Positions 1 through 8,181 of a stretch of 15,873 nucleotides of DNA are shown piece after piece. The DNA comes from an uncultured bacterium (GTDB lineage Bacteria; T1Sed10-126). Below the pieces are notes generated by a model, which saw only the letters and a list, made by a program, of their open reading frames with translations, did not search any database and was not told the origin of the DNA. Both the position numbers and the translations under genes were made by a program. Position 1 is the stretch's first letter; every line of letters begins with the position of its first letter. Location: contig CAZMIT010000035.1 in the NCBI GenBank assembly GCA_964566495.1, forward strand, positions 1 to 15,873, written 5' to 3'.

Positions 1-26
1 CAGAATAAATTTGGAGTTGATTTGAA

Positions 27-416
27 GTGTTGTTCAAGCTGTTTATGTTATTTTTCTTGACCCCGCTGATAGAACTGGCTTTACTGTTAAAGGTAAGTCA
101 ATACGTGGGTGTTATTAACACAGTTATGATCGTAGTGATAACAGCAGTGCTCGGTGCCGGGCTGACAAAATATCAAGGGTTGTCAATACTATTTAAAATC
201 AGGCGGGAAGTTATGGAAGGTCGCCCTCCAGGTGACTCACTTCTTGACGGGGTGATGATACTTTGCGGCGGCTTTGTCCTGCTGACGCCTGGACTTTTAA
301 CCGACGCTTTTGGTTTTTTACTTCTGATACCGTTGACAAGACAATATATTCGAGAATTTGTAAAGAAGCAACTAAAGCGCAAAATAGACCGGGGGAAACT
401 TCAGTGGCGCGGCTAA
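27..416 (+). CDS. fxsA: FxsA family membrane protein
   Basis: 129 aa with GTG start and GGAG RBS at 13-16. Motifs PLIELALL, TAVLGAGLTKYQG and GGFVLLTPGLLTDAFGFLLLIP match the FxsA pattern; several hydrophobic helices. Confidence 0.9.
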   Translation: MLFKLFMLFFLTPLIELALLLKVSQYVGVINTVMIVVITAVLGAGLTKYQGLSILFKIRREVMEGRPPGDSLLDGVMILCGGFVLLTPGLLTDAFGFLLLIPLTRQYIREFVKKQLKRKIDRGKLQWRG

Positions 417-441
417 GACTCCGATTCAGCACTGAAGCGGA

Positions 442-2676
442 ATGAAGAAAAAAGCCGGTTTCTTTTTGTTAGTGGTTATAGCTGGAGCAATAATTTATCT
501 AACTGTTAGCTATATCATTTCTATTCAAGCAGCACTTACGTCTGGCTATTGGGAGCGACGGATCGAAAGTCACACCGGCTTACAAACAACGGTTGAAGAG
601 GTAACCTACACCTTCCCTTTTACTTTTGAATTAAGCGCCGTCGAGCTTGCTTCTCCACCGCCAGATGACCACCATTTTTCGATTACAACAAAAAAAATGG
701 ATGTGGCTTTTTCTCTCCTCGGAGCAGTGGGGGGAAGCGTGAAAATAACTTCTTTAAGCCTAAAACAGCCCCAGGTATCCAAAAGTGACGAAAACTGGGC
801 GGAGTTCAGGGAATATCTCGTTAGTCTTTTCCTGGAGAACCAGGTAAATCGTGTTGTCCTATCGGAGGGTTGGCTGGGAGACAGTTATTTTCAAAATCTT
901 GACTTTACTATCAACCAGGAGAGCACAATTAGTGCTAAAATCAGCGATTTTCGGCTGAATACTGGAAATTTTAGTGGACATGTCGTCTATAGTCCTGAAG
1001 TTAAAGAAATTTACTTAGAGGATTTTTATTTCAATTTTATTGACACAGGTAAAATATTGGAGTATCTTCCAGTAGAATTTTTCGGCTTACCGTTACCCGG
1101 GGGAGGGGTACTGAGTGGCGAAATTGACAGATTTAAGATTACTGAAGAGCAAGTTGACGGCCGGGGGAAATTACGTTTGCAAGCTGGCGAAGAGAGTTTA
1201 TCGAGTCTGGATTCTTTAAGCGGTAATTTTAGCCTTGATTACAAAAGCAATGACGAAGTCGAGCTCAGTTTTAATGATTTATTGATCAACAACCTTGTGA
1301 CTCCGTTTAAGCTCGAACTGTATGCCGGTCGAGAAATAAAACCAACGGTCCAGTTTAAAGCAGCCACGGCTGAAGTAAAGGACTGGTTGGCTCTGGCAGA
1401 GCTGTTTGCTGACTTTTCCCGAAGAAACTTACCTGAAATTTCCGGTACCGTGCAACCGGTTAATTTGACAATCCCCCTCGAACGAGTTGAAACTGCGCAG
1501 GAAACAATAATTATTGAAAGCCCCTTAATTGAGACGGAAGATATAGTCTTTCAGTCTACCACCGACACAACTGCTATCGTTTTAAATGAAGGTAATCTTG
1601 AGATTAAACCGGTAGAGTTGACCAGTAGGGAGAGGACTTTAACTGTTAGTGGAGAGATGACGGGTATTTTTGCGACTGCGGAAGAGAGGGAGCAAATTGA
1701 AGTAGTAATCAGCAGCCGGGGATGGCCCGGTGCCACGGCCGACTACTTTTTACCAGCCATTGTGAGCTGGCCCACCGCCTGGCTACCTGAGGGGGAGATT
1801 GACCTGGAGTTGATCTACCAGGGCCGCCCGGCAGCAGTGGAGCTGGCAGGAGAAATCCATTCAAACAGAGTTGAGTTAGCCGGAATAGAGGTTAAAAATC
1901 TAACAGGAAGTTTTTTCACGGAATCTGATGATATAGTTTTCTCTGAGCTGACGGGAGAAGTTTTTGGCGGAGCATTCGATTGTGAGCTGACGTCGATTGA
2001 ACCGGGTTATAATCTCTCAGGATACTCTAGCCGGCTGAACCTCGAGCATACGGAAGACGCCTGGTGGAGAAAGATTATTGAAGAAGGAAACTTGACCACT
2101 TACTTTAATCTTGACATGGAGCCCGGTGAAGGCATCCTGAGAAATGGACGAGCGCACCTTTTTGGCTGGAGTTTTGTTTTTAAACCTGAGCTAAGGTTGG
2201 AAGAAAACTTGGCCCGCGTATGGAACCAGGTAGAGCAAGCGCTTGTCGAAGCAATTGAACCGGGAGCAGGGCAAGAAGTTTTCAAGCAGATTGACTCTAT
2301 CCCCGGCCAAAACTGGTCTGATCTTGAAGGGGCTGTTAATATCGAAGCCGGTGTCGTCTATTTTGATGACTTGCAGCTCATAAATGAAACTTACGAACTT
2401 CGTATCTCCGGGGAGATTGATCCCCACGAAGAATTGCTTTCACTGGAAATAGAGCCGCGAATAGCGGAGTCACTTCTGGAGGAAATTGGCGGCTCTATGG
2501 TGGGCGGGGTTCTCTCGGGGCCACTGCCTGATTTTGAACTCAGGGGAGGATTTGACGGTTTATGGCAGGTCAACCCGGACCATTACCGGCAAAAGCTGAA
2601 AGATGAGTTTGAAAGGCGGCTGGAAAAGCTGATGGAGGAGGACCCTGGTATAATCTTCAGAGAGATTCTGGGCTAA
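442..2676 (+). CDS. AsmA-like envelope protein (N-terminal membrane anchor, AsmA-type C-terminal region)
   Basis: 744 aa. N-terminal KKK plus hydrophobic helix, then a beta-strand-like alternating pattern (DVAFSLLGAVGGSVKITSLSLKQP). C-terminal LEGAVNIEAGVVYFDDLQL...LRISGEID...FELRG resembles AsmA-like C-termini. Very acidic. Confidence 0.6.
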   Translation: MKKKAGFFLLVVIAGAIIYLTVSYIISIQAALTSGYWERRIESHTGLQTTVEEVTYTFPFTFELSAVELASPPPDDHHFSITTKKMDVAFSLLGAVGGSVKITSLSLKQPQVSKSDENWAEFREYLVSLFLENQVNRVVLSEGWLGDSYFQNLDFTINQESTISAKISDFRLNTGNFSGHVVYSPEVKEIYLEDFYFNFIDTGKILEYLPVEFFGLPLPGGGVLSGEIDRFKITEEQVDGRGKLRLQAGEESLSSLDSLSGNFSLDYKSNDEVELSFNDLLINNLVTPFKLELYAGREIKPTVQFKAATAEVKDWLALAELFADFSRRNLPEISGTVQPVNLTIPLERVETAQETIIIESPLIETEDIVFQSTTDTTAIVLNEGNLEIKPVELTSRERTLTVSGEMTGIFATAEEREQIEVVISSRGWPGATADYFLPAIVSWPTAWLPEGEIDLELIYQGRPAAVELAGEIHSNRVELAGIEVKNLTGSFFTESDDIVFSELTGEVFGGAFDCELTSIEPGYNLSGYSSRLNLEHTEDAWWRKIIEEGNLTTYFNLDMEPGEGILRNGRAHLFGWSFVFKPELRLEENLARVWNQVEQALVEAIEPGAGQEVFKQIDSIPGQNWSDLEGAVNIEAGVVYFDDLQLINETYELRISGEIDPHEELLSLEIEPRIAESLLEEIGGSMVGGVLSGPLPDFELRGGFDGLWQVNPDHYRQKLKDEFERRLEKLMEEDPGIIFREILG

Positions 2677-2684
2677 TAACACGA

Positions 2685-2713
2685 TTCTCAATTTAGCTTA
2701 TTTATGGTAAAGT
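2685..2713 (+). promoter_or_regulatory. Putative sigma70 promoter upstream of the BMC-P triplet
   Basis: TTCTCA (2685-2690, 4/6 to TTGACA), 17-bp spacer, TAAAGT (2708-2713, 4/6 to TATAAT) with an extended TG at 2705-2706, in an AT-rich 82-bp intergenic gap. GGAGGT RBS at 2747-2752. Confidence 0.35.
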
Positions 2714-2758
2714 TACACAGTTTTAACCGAGAAATAGAATAAATACGGAGGTGCTACG

Positions 2759-3067
2759 ATGGAGTTTGCTCGTGTAGTGGGCAATGTAGTGGCAACGCGA
2801 AAAGAAGAAAAGGTCCGTGGTCGGAAGTTTTTAGTTCTGCAACCGGTAAATCTGGACATGGAACCCAATGGCAGTGTGAAAGTTGGTGTCGACGCCGTGG
2901 GAGCCGGCGAGGGCGAACTGGTTTTATTTGCTACCGGAAGCACTGCCCGCCAAACCCATTTGACTGAAAACCGTCCGACCGACTGTGTGATAATGGCTAT
3001 TGTGGATTCCGTTGATCTTGAAGACGGACGGGTTTACGACAAAGCTGAAGAGGAGAAAAATAAATGA
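2759..3067 (+). CDS. EutN/CcmL family microcompartment vertex protein (BMC-P), copy 1
   Basis: 102 aa. ARVVGNVVATRK...KFLVLQP...VDAVGAGEGELVLFATGSTAR...PTDCVIMAIVD is the canonical EutN/CcmL signature; strong RBS. Confidence 0.95.
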   Translation: MEFARVVGNVVATRKEEKVRGRKFLVLQPVNLDMEPNGSVKVGVDAVGAGEGELVLFATGSTARQTHLTENRPTDCVIMAIVDSVDLEDGRVYDKAEEEKNK

Positions 3068-3345
3068 AACCCGGACGTGTTATTGGTCGGGTGGTCTGCA
3101 CCCAGAAATATCCCGACTTCAAAGGTGAGCGATTTCTTCTCGTGCAACCCACCGACTGGAAAAAGAACGATCGGGGCGAACCAATAGTCTGCACTGACGC
3201 TGTTGGTGCGGGCTATGAAGAGTTTGTTTTTTATATTGAATCCCGAGAGGCGGGGTTGGCTCTCGGAGAAAAAGCACCACCCTCAGACGCCAGTATCTGT
3301 GGGATTATAGACGGCGTGGATATGGAGGAAGAGGTATGGAAATAG
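3064..3345 (+). CDS. EutN/CcmL family microcompartment vertex protein (BMC-P), copy 2
   Basis: 93 aa. GRVIGRVVCTQK...FLLVQP...DAVGAGYEEFVFYIESREA...PSDASICGIID. ATGA overlap with copy 1. Confidence 0.93.
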   Translation: MKPGRVIGRVVCTQKYPDFKGERFLLVQPTDWKKNDRGEPIVCTDAVGAGYEEFVFYIESREAGLALGEKAPPSDASICGIIDGVDMEEEVWK

Positions 3346-3641
3346 GTATAGTTGTCGGTCGAACCTGGGCTACCCAGAGACACGAAAGCATGGAACCACT
3401 ACGAATGCTACTGGTCAAACCTTACGATCCGGTAAAAGAAGAATACGAGGGACTTCCCTACCTCTGTCTCGATAAAAACATAAACGCCGGAGTTGGCGAT
3501 CAGGTGTTGATGGTAGACGACGGCGGCCCCTGTAGAATGATATTGGACGATGAATTGGCTCCGGTGCGTGGTTTTGTTATAGGGGTGGTCGACGACATCC
3601 ACATCAATGAGGACTGCCGGCGAGAGTTTGTAGAAAACTAA
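3336..3641 (+). CDS. EutN/CcmL family microcompartment vertex protein (BMC-P), copy 3
   Basis: 101 aa. GIVVGRTWATQRH...MLLVKP...DKNINAGVGDQVLMVDDGG...APVRGFVIGVVD. 10-nt overlap with copy 2; GAGGT RBS just upstream. Confidence 0.9.
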   Translation: MEIGIVVGRTWATQRHESMEPLRMLLVKPYDPVKEEYEGLPYLCLDKNINAGVGDQVLMVDDGGPCRMILDDELAPVRGFVIGVVDDIHINEDCRREFVEN

Positions 3642-3648
3642 TAAAACT

Positions 3649-4782
3649 GTGAAAGCGGAGGAGTTCAAGAGCCGGCTTTCCGAACGAAAATTACGTACTG
3701 ACCTGGAGCCGGTCAAAGAAGCCCTTAGTCGCTGGAATAATTTTGATTTTAGTATTGTCCAGGTTGTTGGCTCAAATGGCAAGGGGACCGTGGTTCATCT
3801 GCTGGAGAAGGCGCTCAACAAGCTGGGACGCGCAACTGTTTCCTGCACTTCTCCCCACCTTATAACTCCGACCGAACGTGTGAAATACAACACCCGGCCC
3901 CTGAATAATTCTGATTTTTATGGAACACTTTCCGAACTTGACCGGCAAACTGGCCAGTCCCTGACATCTTTTGAACTCTTGTTTCTGTTGGCAGTCCGTG
4001 AAGCAATTGAAAAAAATGTTGATTATCTGCTATTGGAAGCCGGTATGGGCGGCCGCTGGGATGCAACCAGCGCTTTGAGTGCCGACTGGACGGTCTGCAC
4101 AGGAGTTGAACTGGAACATACTGAGTATCTGGGCACAACCCGAGAAGAAATATTAAGCGAACTAACCGCTCAGATAGCTTCTGAGAGTGGTCTGATTGTT
4201 CCAAAATTGGAGACGGAATTGAGCGATTATATCAGAAAACAGGCCCGCAAAAGAAATTTAAAGTTAAAAGAAGTAGAACCCACAGAACCGGTGTTGGCGC
4301 AAAACAGGCAGCTGGCCGCTAATACGCTGAACGTTTTAGACGAGGTTCAACTAACTCCGGCGGTTGAACTGCTCGAAAAAATAGAACCGCCGCCGGGTCG
4401 ACAGACGTTGTTGTTGCAAAACGAGCGGAGTTATTTCCTGGACGTGGCTCACACTCCGGCGGCTGTTGAAGCGGCACTAAAGGCTCGCCCCGTCCAGGAC
4501 GAAGGGAAATGGTACACGGCTTTCGGCTGTCTGCAGGGCAAACGGGCGGCAGAGATGATTAATATCATAACAGAAGACTGTTCTGCGAATAGACTGTTTT
4601 TAACCGCGCCTCCATCGCCTCGCAAGATGGCTCTGGCAAAGCTTGTTGATCACGCGCCGCCGGGCGCTAAAAGCAGTGAAGCAGAGGAATTAAATCAGCT
4701 ATTTTTAAACCTGAGTGAGCCGGGCGACGGCCTGACGGTGATTGGCTCATTTTCTCTCGTCGCTCTTTTTTACAATAAATAG
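3649..4782 (+). CDS. folC: Folylpolyglutamate synthase/dihydrofolate synthase family protein (divergent, short)
   Basis: 377 aa. P-loop VVGSNGKGT, TSPHL...ER, TSFE, LEAGMGGRWDAT, LEHTEYLG, PGR, LDVAHTP and C-terminal IGSFSLV. Confidence 0.85.
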   Translation: MKAEEFKSRLSERKLRTDLEPVKEALSRWNNFDFSIVQVVGSNGKGTVVHLLEKALNKLGRATVSCTSPHLITPTERVKYNTRPLNNSDFYGTLSELDRQTGQSLTSFELLFLLAVREAIEKNVDYLLLEAGMGGRWDATSALSADWTVCTGVELEHTEYLGTTREEILSELTAQIASESGLIVPKLETELSDYIRKQARKRNLKLKEVEPTEPVLAQNRQLAANTLNVLDEVQLTPAVELLEKIEPPPGRQTLLLQNERSYFLDVAHTPAAVEAALKARPVQDEGKWYTAFGCLQGKRAAEMINIITEDCSANRLFLTAPPSPRKMALAKLVDHAPPGAKSSEAEELNQLFLNLSEPGDGLTVIGSFSLVALFYNK

Positions 4783-4856
4783 CTCTCTGTCAGGGGGAGT
4801 TTTTAAAGAGGGCGGCAGCACCACAGATATTAGCAACAGGTGGTTGACTAATAATA

Positions 4857-6227
4857 ATGAAAATAATTGCAGAGGTTTATGGTGGGGTTGGCTGGTTCGT
4901 CTTAACTCTGTTTGTGCTGCAATGTATGATTGCATTGCCGGTTAGTGGCGGAGCCGCTGAAGATTTATTCATGCGAGGATATGAAAAATTTGAAGCCGGT
5001 GACTACGAAGATGCTTTGTCCGATTTCGAGCGGGTTTTAGAGCGATTTCCGGAGAGCAACAGGGCTCGTGACAGTCGGTATTTTCTGGATCGGTTGCGCC
5101 TTTATTCGGTGCGAGGAAGAACTCGTCAACTTCTGGTGAGGGTTTTGCTGACGGAAGGACGACAAGTAGAAGGACAGCTGCAGCGTCCATACGTACTCCT
5201 GGACGGGCAAGAGGACAAGGTGACCGATTTAGGTAGCGGTCAGGACTTCTCGGCCAGCCTTGAGGGTGAGGATATTGTTTTCAGCTCCGAGGGACAACAA
5301 TTTGAGTTATCAGAAGCCAGTTTAGAGCCTCTTTCCCTGGAAAGTGGTTACTTCAATCTCAACGGAATTGACTACCGGGGGCGTTTAGAACTACAGAAAA
5401 GCGGAGCAAAACTACAGGCAGTCAACGTGCTGTCCTTAAATAAATATCTCTACGGCGTAATCAAGAAAGAGTTAGCTCCGGATTGGCCGATGGAAGTTAT
5501 GAAGAGCCAGGCCGTAGCTTCACGTTCCTTTGCACTCAACATGATGACCGGCGAAGAAATTGAGGGGGAGAAACTGAGGGCGGACGTTTCAACTCAAGTT
5601 TACGAGGGAAAAACAGCCGAGACAGACCGGGGAAGACAGGCAGTCGAGGCAACCAGGGGAGAGGTGTTGGTTTACGCCGGCGAGATTGTTCCGGCTTTTT
5701 TTCATGCAAATTCAGGCGGTTATCTGGAGGACGGCCGGCACATCTGGGGGGGCGAGGGGTTTACTTTTATTGAACCCGGTCCTGACAACTGGAGCAGGGA
5801 AACCCAACACTCCCGATGGGAGAAAGAGCTTGCAATAGATGAATTAAGCGCACAATTAGAAGCAGCCGGTCACGCTCCCATGGCTTCTGACCCCGGCCTA
5901 CGGGCGGTCGGAATTCTTCCCTCGGGTAGGGCTTCCGAAGTGAGCTATCTGACCGCGACCGGTGAACGAACAACATTAAACGCCAACGATTTCCGAATGG
6001 CAGTCGGGGGCGACCGGATTAAAAGTAGTTGGTTTGAAGAGATTCGTCGCTCCGGGCGAGAAATTTTTTTTAAAGGGCGGGGCTGGGGCCATGGAGTTGG
6101 AATGTCACAATGGGGGGCAAAAGAAATGGCCAAATCGGGTAAAAACTATCGAGAAATTCTTGAGTTTTATTTTCGCCATGCGGAGTTTTCAAACAACCTG
6201 AACGAATACCTCAGTGAAAGCCGTTAG
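4857..6227 (+). CDS. SpoIID/LytB domain protein (putative lytic transglycosylase) with signal peptide and N-terminal TPR
   Basis: YRGRL, YLYGVIKKELAPDWPMEVMKSQAVASRSFA, QVYEG, FFHANSGG and GRGWGHGVGMSQWGA...ILEFYF. TPR-like AEDLFMRGYEKFEAGDYEDALSDFERVLERFPES follows a hydrophobic N-terminus. Exact start is uncertain. Confidence 0.9.
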   Translation: MKIIAEVYGGVGWFVLTLFVLQCMIALPVSGGAAEDLFMRGYEKFEAGDYEDALSDFERVLERFPESNRARDSRYFLDRLRLYSVRGRTRQLLVRVLLTEGRQVEGQLQRPYVLLDGQEDKVTDLGSGQDFSASLEGEDIVFSSEGQQFELSEASLEPLSLESGYFNLNGIDYRGRLELQKSGAKLQAVNVLSLNKYLYGVIKKELAPDWPMEVMKSQAVASRSFALNMMTGEEIEGEKLRADVSTQVYEGKTAETDRGRQAVEATRGEVLVYAGEIVPAFFHANSGGYLEDGRHIWGGEGFTFIEPGPDNWSRETQHSRWEKELAIDELSAQLEAAGHAPMASDPGLRAVGILPSGRASEVSYLTATGERTTLNANDFRMAVGGDRIKSSWFEEIRRSGREIFFKGRGWGHGVGMSQWGAKEMAKSGKNYREILEFYFRHAEFSNNLNEYLSESR

Positions 6228-6241
6228 AAGGAGATTAACAG

Positions 6242-7585
6242 ATGTCTAATATTGCTAAAATAAGGCAGGTCCTGGTACCCATAGTGGGACGTCCAAACGT
6301 CGGAAAATCTACTCTATTCAACCGCCTGATAGAGGAGGAAAAAGCAATTACAGGCAGCATCCCCGGCGTAACCCGGGACCGTATCACCGGAACAATAGCG
6401 TCTGACAGGGGCACCGTTACACTGGTTGACACGGCCGGTTTTCAGCCCGATCACCCGGCACCGTCGCCCGGATTTATTTTAAAACAGATTGAAACAATGG
6501 TTGAAGAGGGCGAAGTAATACTTTTTGTGATCGACGGTACTTCAAACATTTCCCAATTGGATCGAGAAATTGTTAAACAACTTCGTCCAGTTTGTGAACA
6601 GGTGATAGTTGTGGTAAACAAGGTCGATCCGGGTCGTGATTTACAGGTTGTTGCAGCGGACTACTATGAACTCGGACTCCAGCATGTAATTCCTGTCTCC
6701 GCCGCTCATAACCGTAATCTGAAGGCTCTTCGGGAAAAAATCTTTGAGCTGGCACCGGAGATTTATGCGCCCCCCGAGAAGAGAGGTTTAAAGCTTGCCC
6801 TCACGGGACGCCCGAATGTCGGCAAATCAACCCTGTTCAACTCAATACTTGGTTACGACCGGGTGATGGTCAGCGAAGAACCGGGGACAACAAGAGACGT
6901 TGTCGACGTTGCCTTTACCGTTGACGACAAGCGTTATCACCTCCTGGACACGGTAGGGATCAGGAGAAAAAGCCAGGTAGAAGAGGAAGTAGAAGAGGCA
7001 GCAGTAATGCGTAGTCTGCGCAGTCTTGAAGGTTGCGATATTGCCTGTCTGATGCTCGATTGGAACGATCGGGTCAGCAAGCAGGACCAGCGACTGGCCG
7101 GTTTGATTGTTGACCGCTACCGGGGCTGCATTATACTTGTTAACAAAGCAGATGAACCGGACGAAAAAAACGAAAATAACTGGAGAAATCATATTGCTGA
7201 GCGCCTGCACTTTTTAAAATATGCGCCGGTTCTTTTTACGAGCGGTAAAAAGAGACGGGGACTGGCCAACATATTTTCCACCGCTGATGCTATATATGAG
7301 CAAATGCACTGTCGGATTGAAGCAAACCAGTTGCATAATGCGTTCCTGGATCTAAAACAGAGGATTACCTGGCCGTCCAGCAGCAGTCAGGACGTAATCC
7401 TGAAACAAATCCGCCAGGTGGACATAAATCCGGTTACATTTGAAATAGAGGCAAACAATCCCAGCCACCTGACTGCAAGTGACCTGCGACATTTACGAAA
7501 ATTGCTGCGCGATCAATTAAATCTAACATTTGCACCAATTAAGCTAAATCTTGTCGAGAGATTAGACGAAGAAAGCGAGGGATAA
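6242..7585 (+). CDS. der: Ribosome biogenesis GTPase Der (EngA)
   Basis: Two tandem G domains (GRPNVGKS/PGVTRD/DTAG/NKVD and GRPNVGKS/PGTTRD/DTVG/NKAD) plus a C-terminal KH-like domain. AGGAG RBS. Confidence 0.93.
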   Translation: MSNIAKIRQVLVPIVGRPNVGKSTLFNRLIEEEKAITGSIPGVTRDRITGTIASDRGTVTLVDTAGFQPDHPAPSPGFILKQIETMVEEGEVILFVIDGTSNISQLDREIVKQLRPVCEQVIVVVNKVDPGRDLQVVAADYYELGLQHVIPVSAAHNRNLKALREKIFELAPEIYAPPEKRGLKLALTGRPNVGKSTLFNSILGYDRVMVSEEPGTTRDVVDVAFTVDDKRYHLLDTVGIRRKSQVEEEVEEAAVMRSLRSLEGCDIACLMLDWNDRVSKQDQRLAGLIVDRYRGCIILVNKADEPDEKNENNWRNHIAERLHFLKYAPVLFTSGKKRRGLANIFSTADAIYEQMHCRIEANQLHNAFLDLKQRITWPSSSSQDVILKQIRQVDINPVTFEIEANNPSHLTASDLRHLRKLLRDQLNLTFAPIKLNLVERLDEESEG

Positions 7586-7587
7586 GC

Positions 7588-8181
7588 GTGGAGGCGTTGT
7601 CCGGAATTTTGTTTGTTGTATTTGGTTATTTACTGGGCTCAATTCCTTTTGCGTTACTATACAGCCTTTACATTGCTGGTGGGGATGTACGCGAGCTGGG
7701 CAGCGGTAATATTGGGGCGACAAACGTCGGCCGAAACTTTGGCTGGATGGCCGGGTTGTTAGTTCTGGCTCTCGATTTTGCCAAAGGAGCGCTGCCCGTC
7801 TACGCCGTATTTTACTGCCTGGGCTCAGCGGAATTAATAGCCACACTTGCAGGCGTTGCTGCCGTGCTCGGTCACGTCTTTCCAATTTATTTACTTTTTC
7901 GAGGCGGCAAGGGGGTCGCCACATCAGCCGGTGTTTTTGCCGTACTTTTGCCCTGGGCAACGCTGGCCGCTGTGCTGCTCTTTTCAATTGCTCTCTCCAG
8001 TCGTTACATGGCCGTTGCCTCGCTGACCGGAGCGGCGACACTGCCCATTGTTTCAACTATTGTTTATGGTCCAGACCATCCCGGAGTTTACGCCGCCTAC
8101 TTATTGGCCCTGGTAGTATTTGTGAGACATCGGAGCAATATCAAAAGGCTCTGGAAAGGTGAGGAGGGTCGCCTGTTTTGA
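7588..8181 (+). CDS. plsY: Glycerol-3-phosphate 1-O-acyltransferase PlsY
   Basis: YLLGSIPF, GSGNIGATN, D.AKG, GHVFP...GGKGVAT and RHRSNIKRL..GEE. The der-plsY adjacency is a familiar arrangement. Confidence 0.96.
   Translation: MEALSGILFVVFGYLLGSIPFALLYSLYIAGGDVRELGSGNIGATNVGRNFGWMAGLLVLALDFAKGALPVYAVFYCLGSAELIATLAGVAAVLGHVFPIYLLFRGGKGVATSAGVFAVLLPWATLAAVLLFSIALSSRYMAVASLTGAATLPIVSTIVYGPDHPGVYAAYLLALVVFVRHRSNIKRLWKGEEGRLF

Noticed and set aside
2759..3641. Calling the locus an ethanolamine utilisation (eut) or carboxysome (ccm) operon
   Set aside because: No eutBC, rubisco, hexamer shell or other pathway genes are in the window, so the BMC type cannot be assigned and no gene symbols are given.
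4783..4805. Possible intrinsic terminator after folC
   Set aside because: The stem relies on G-U pairs and the T-run is short; it could equally be a degenerate palindromic repeat.
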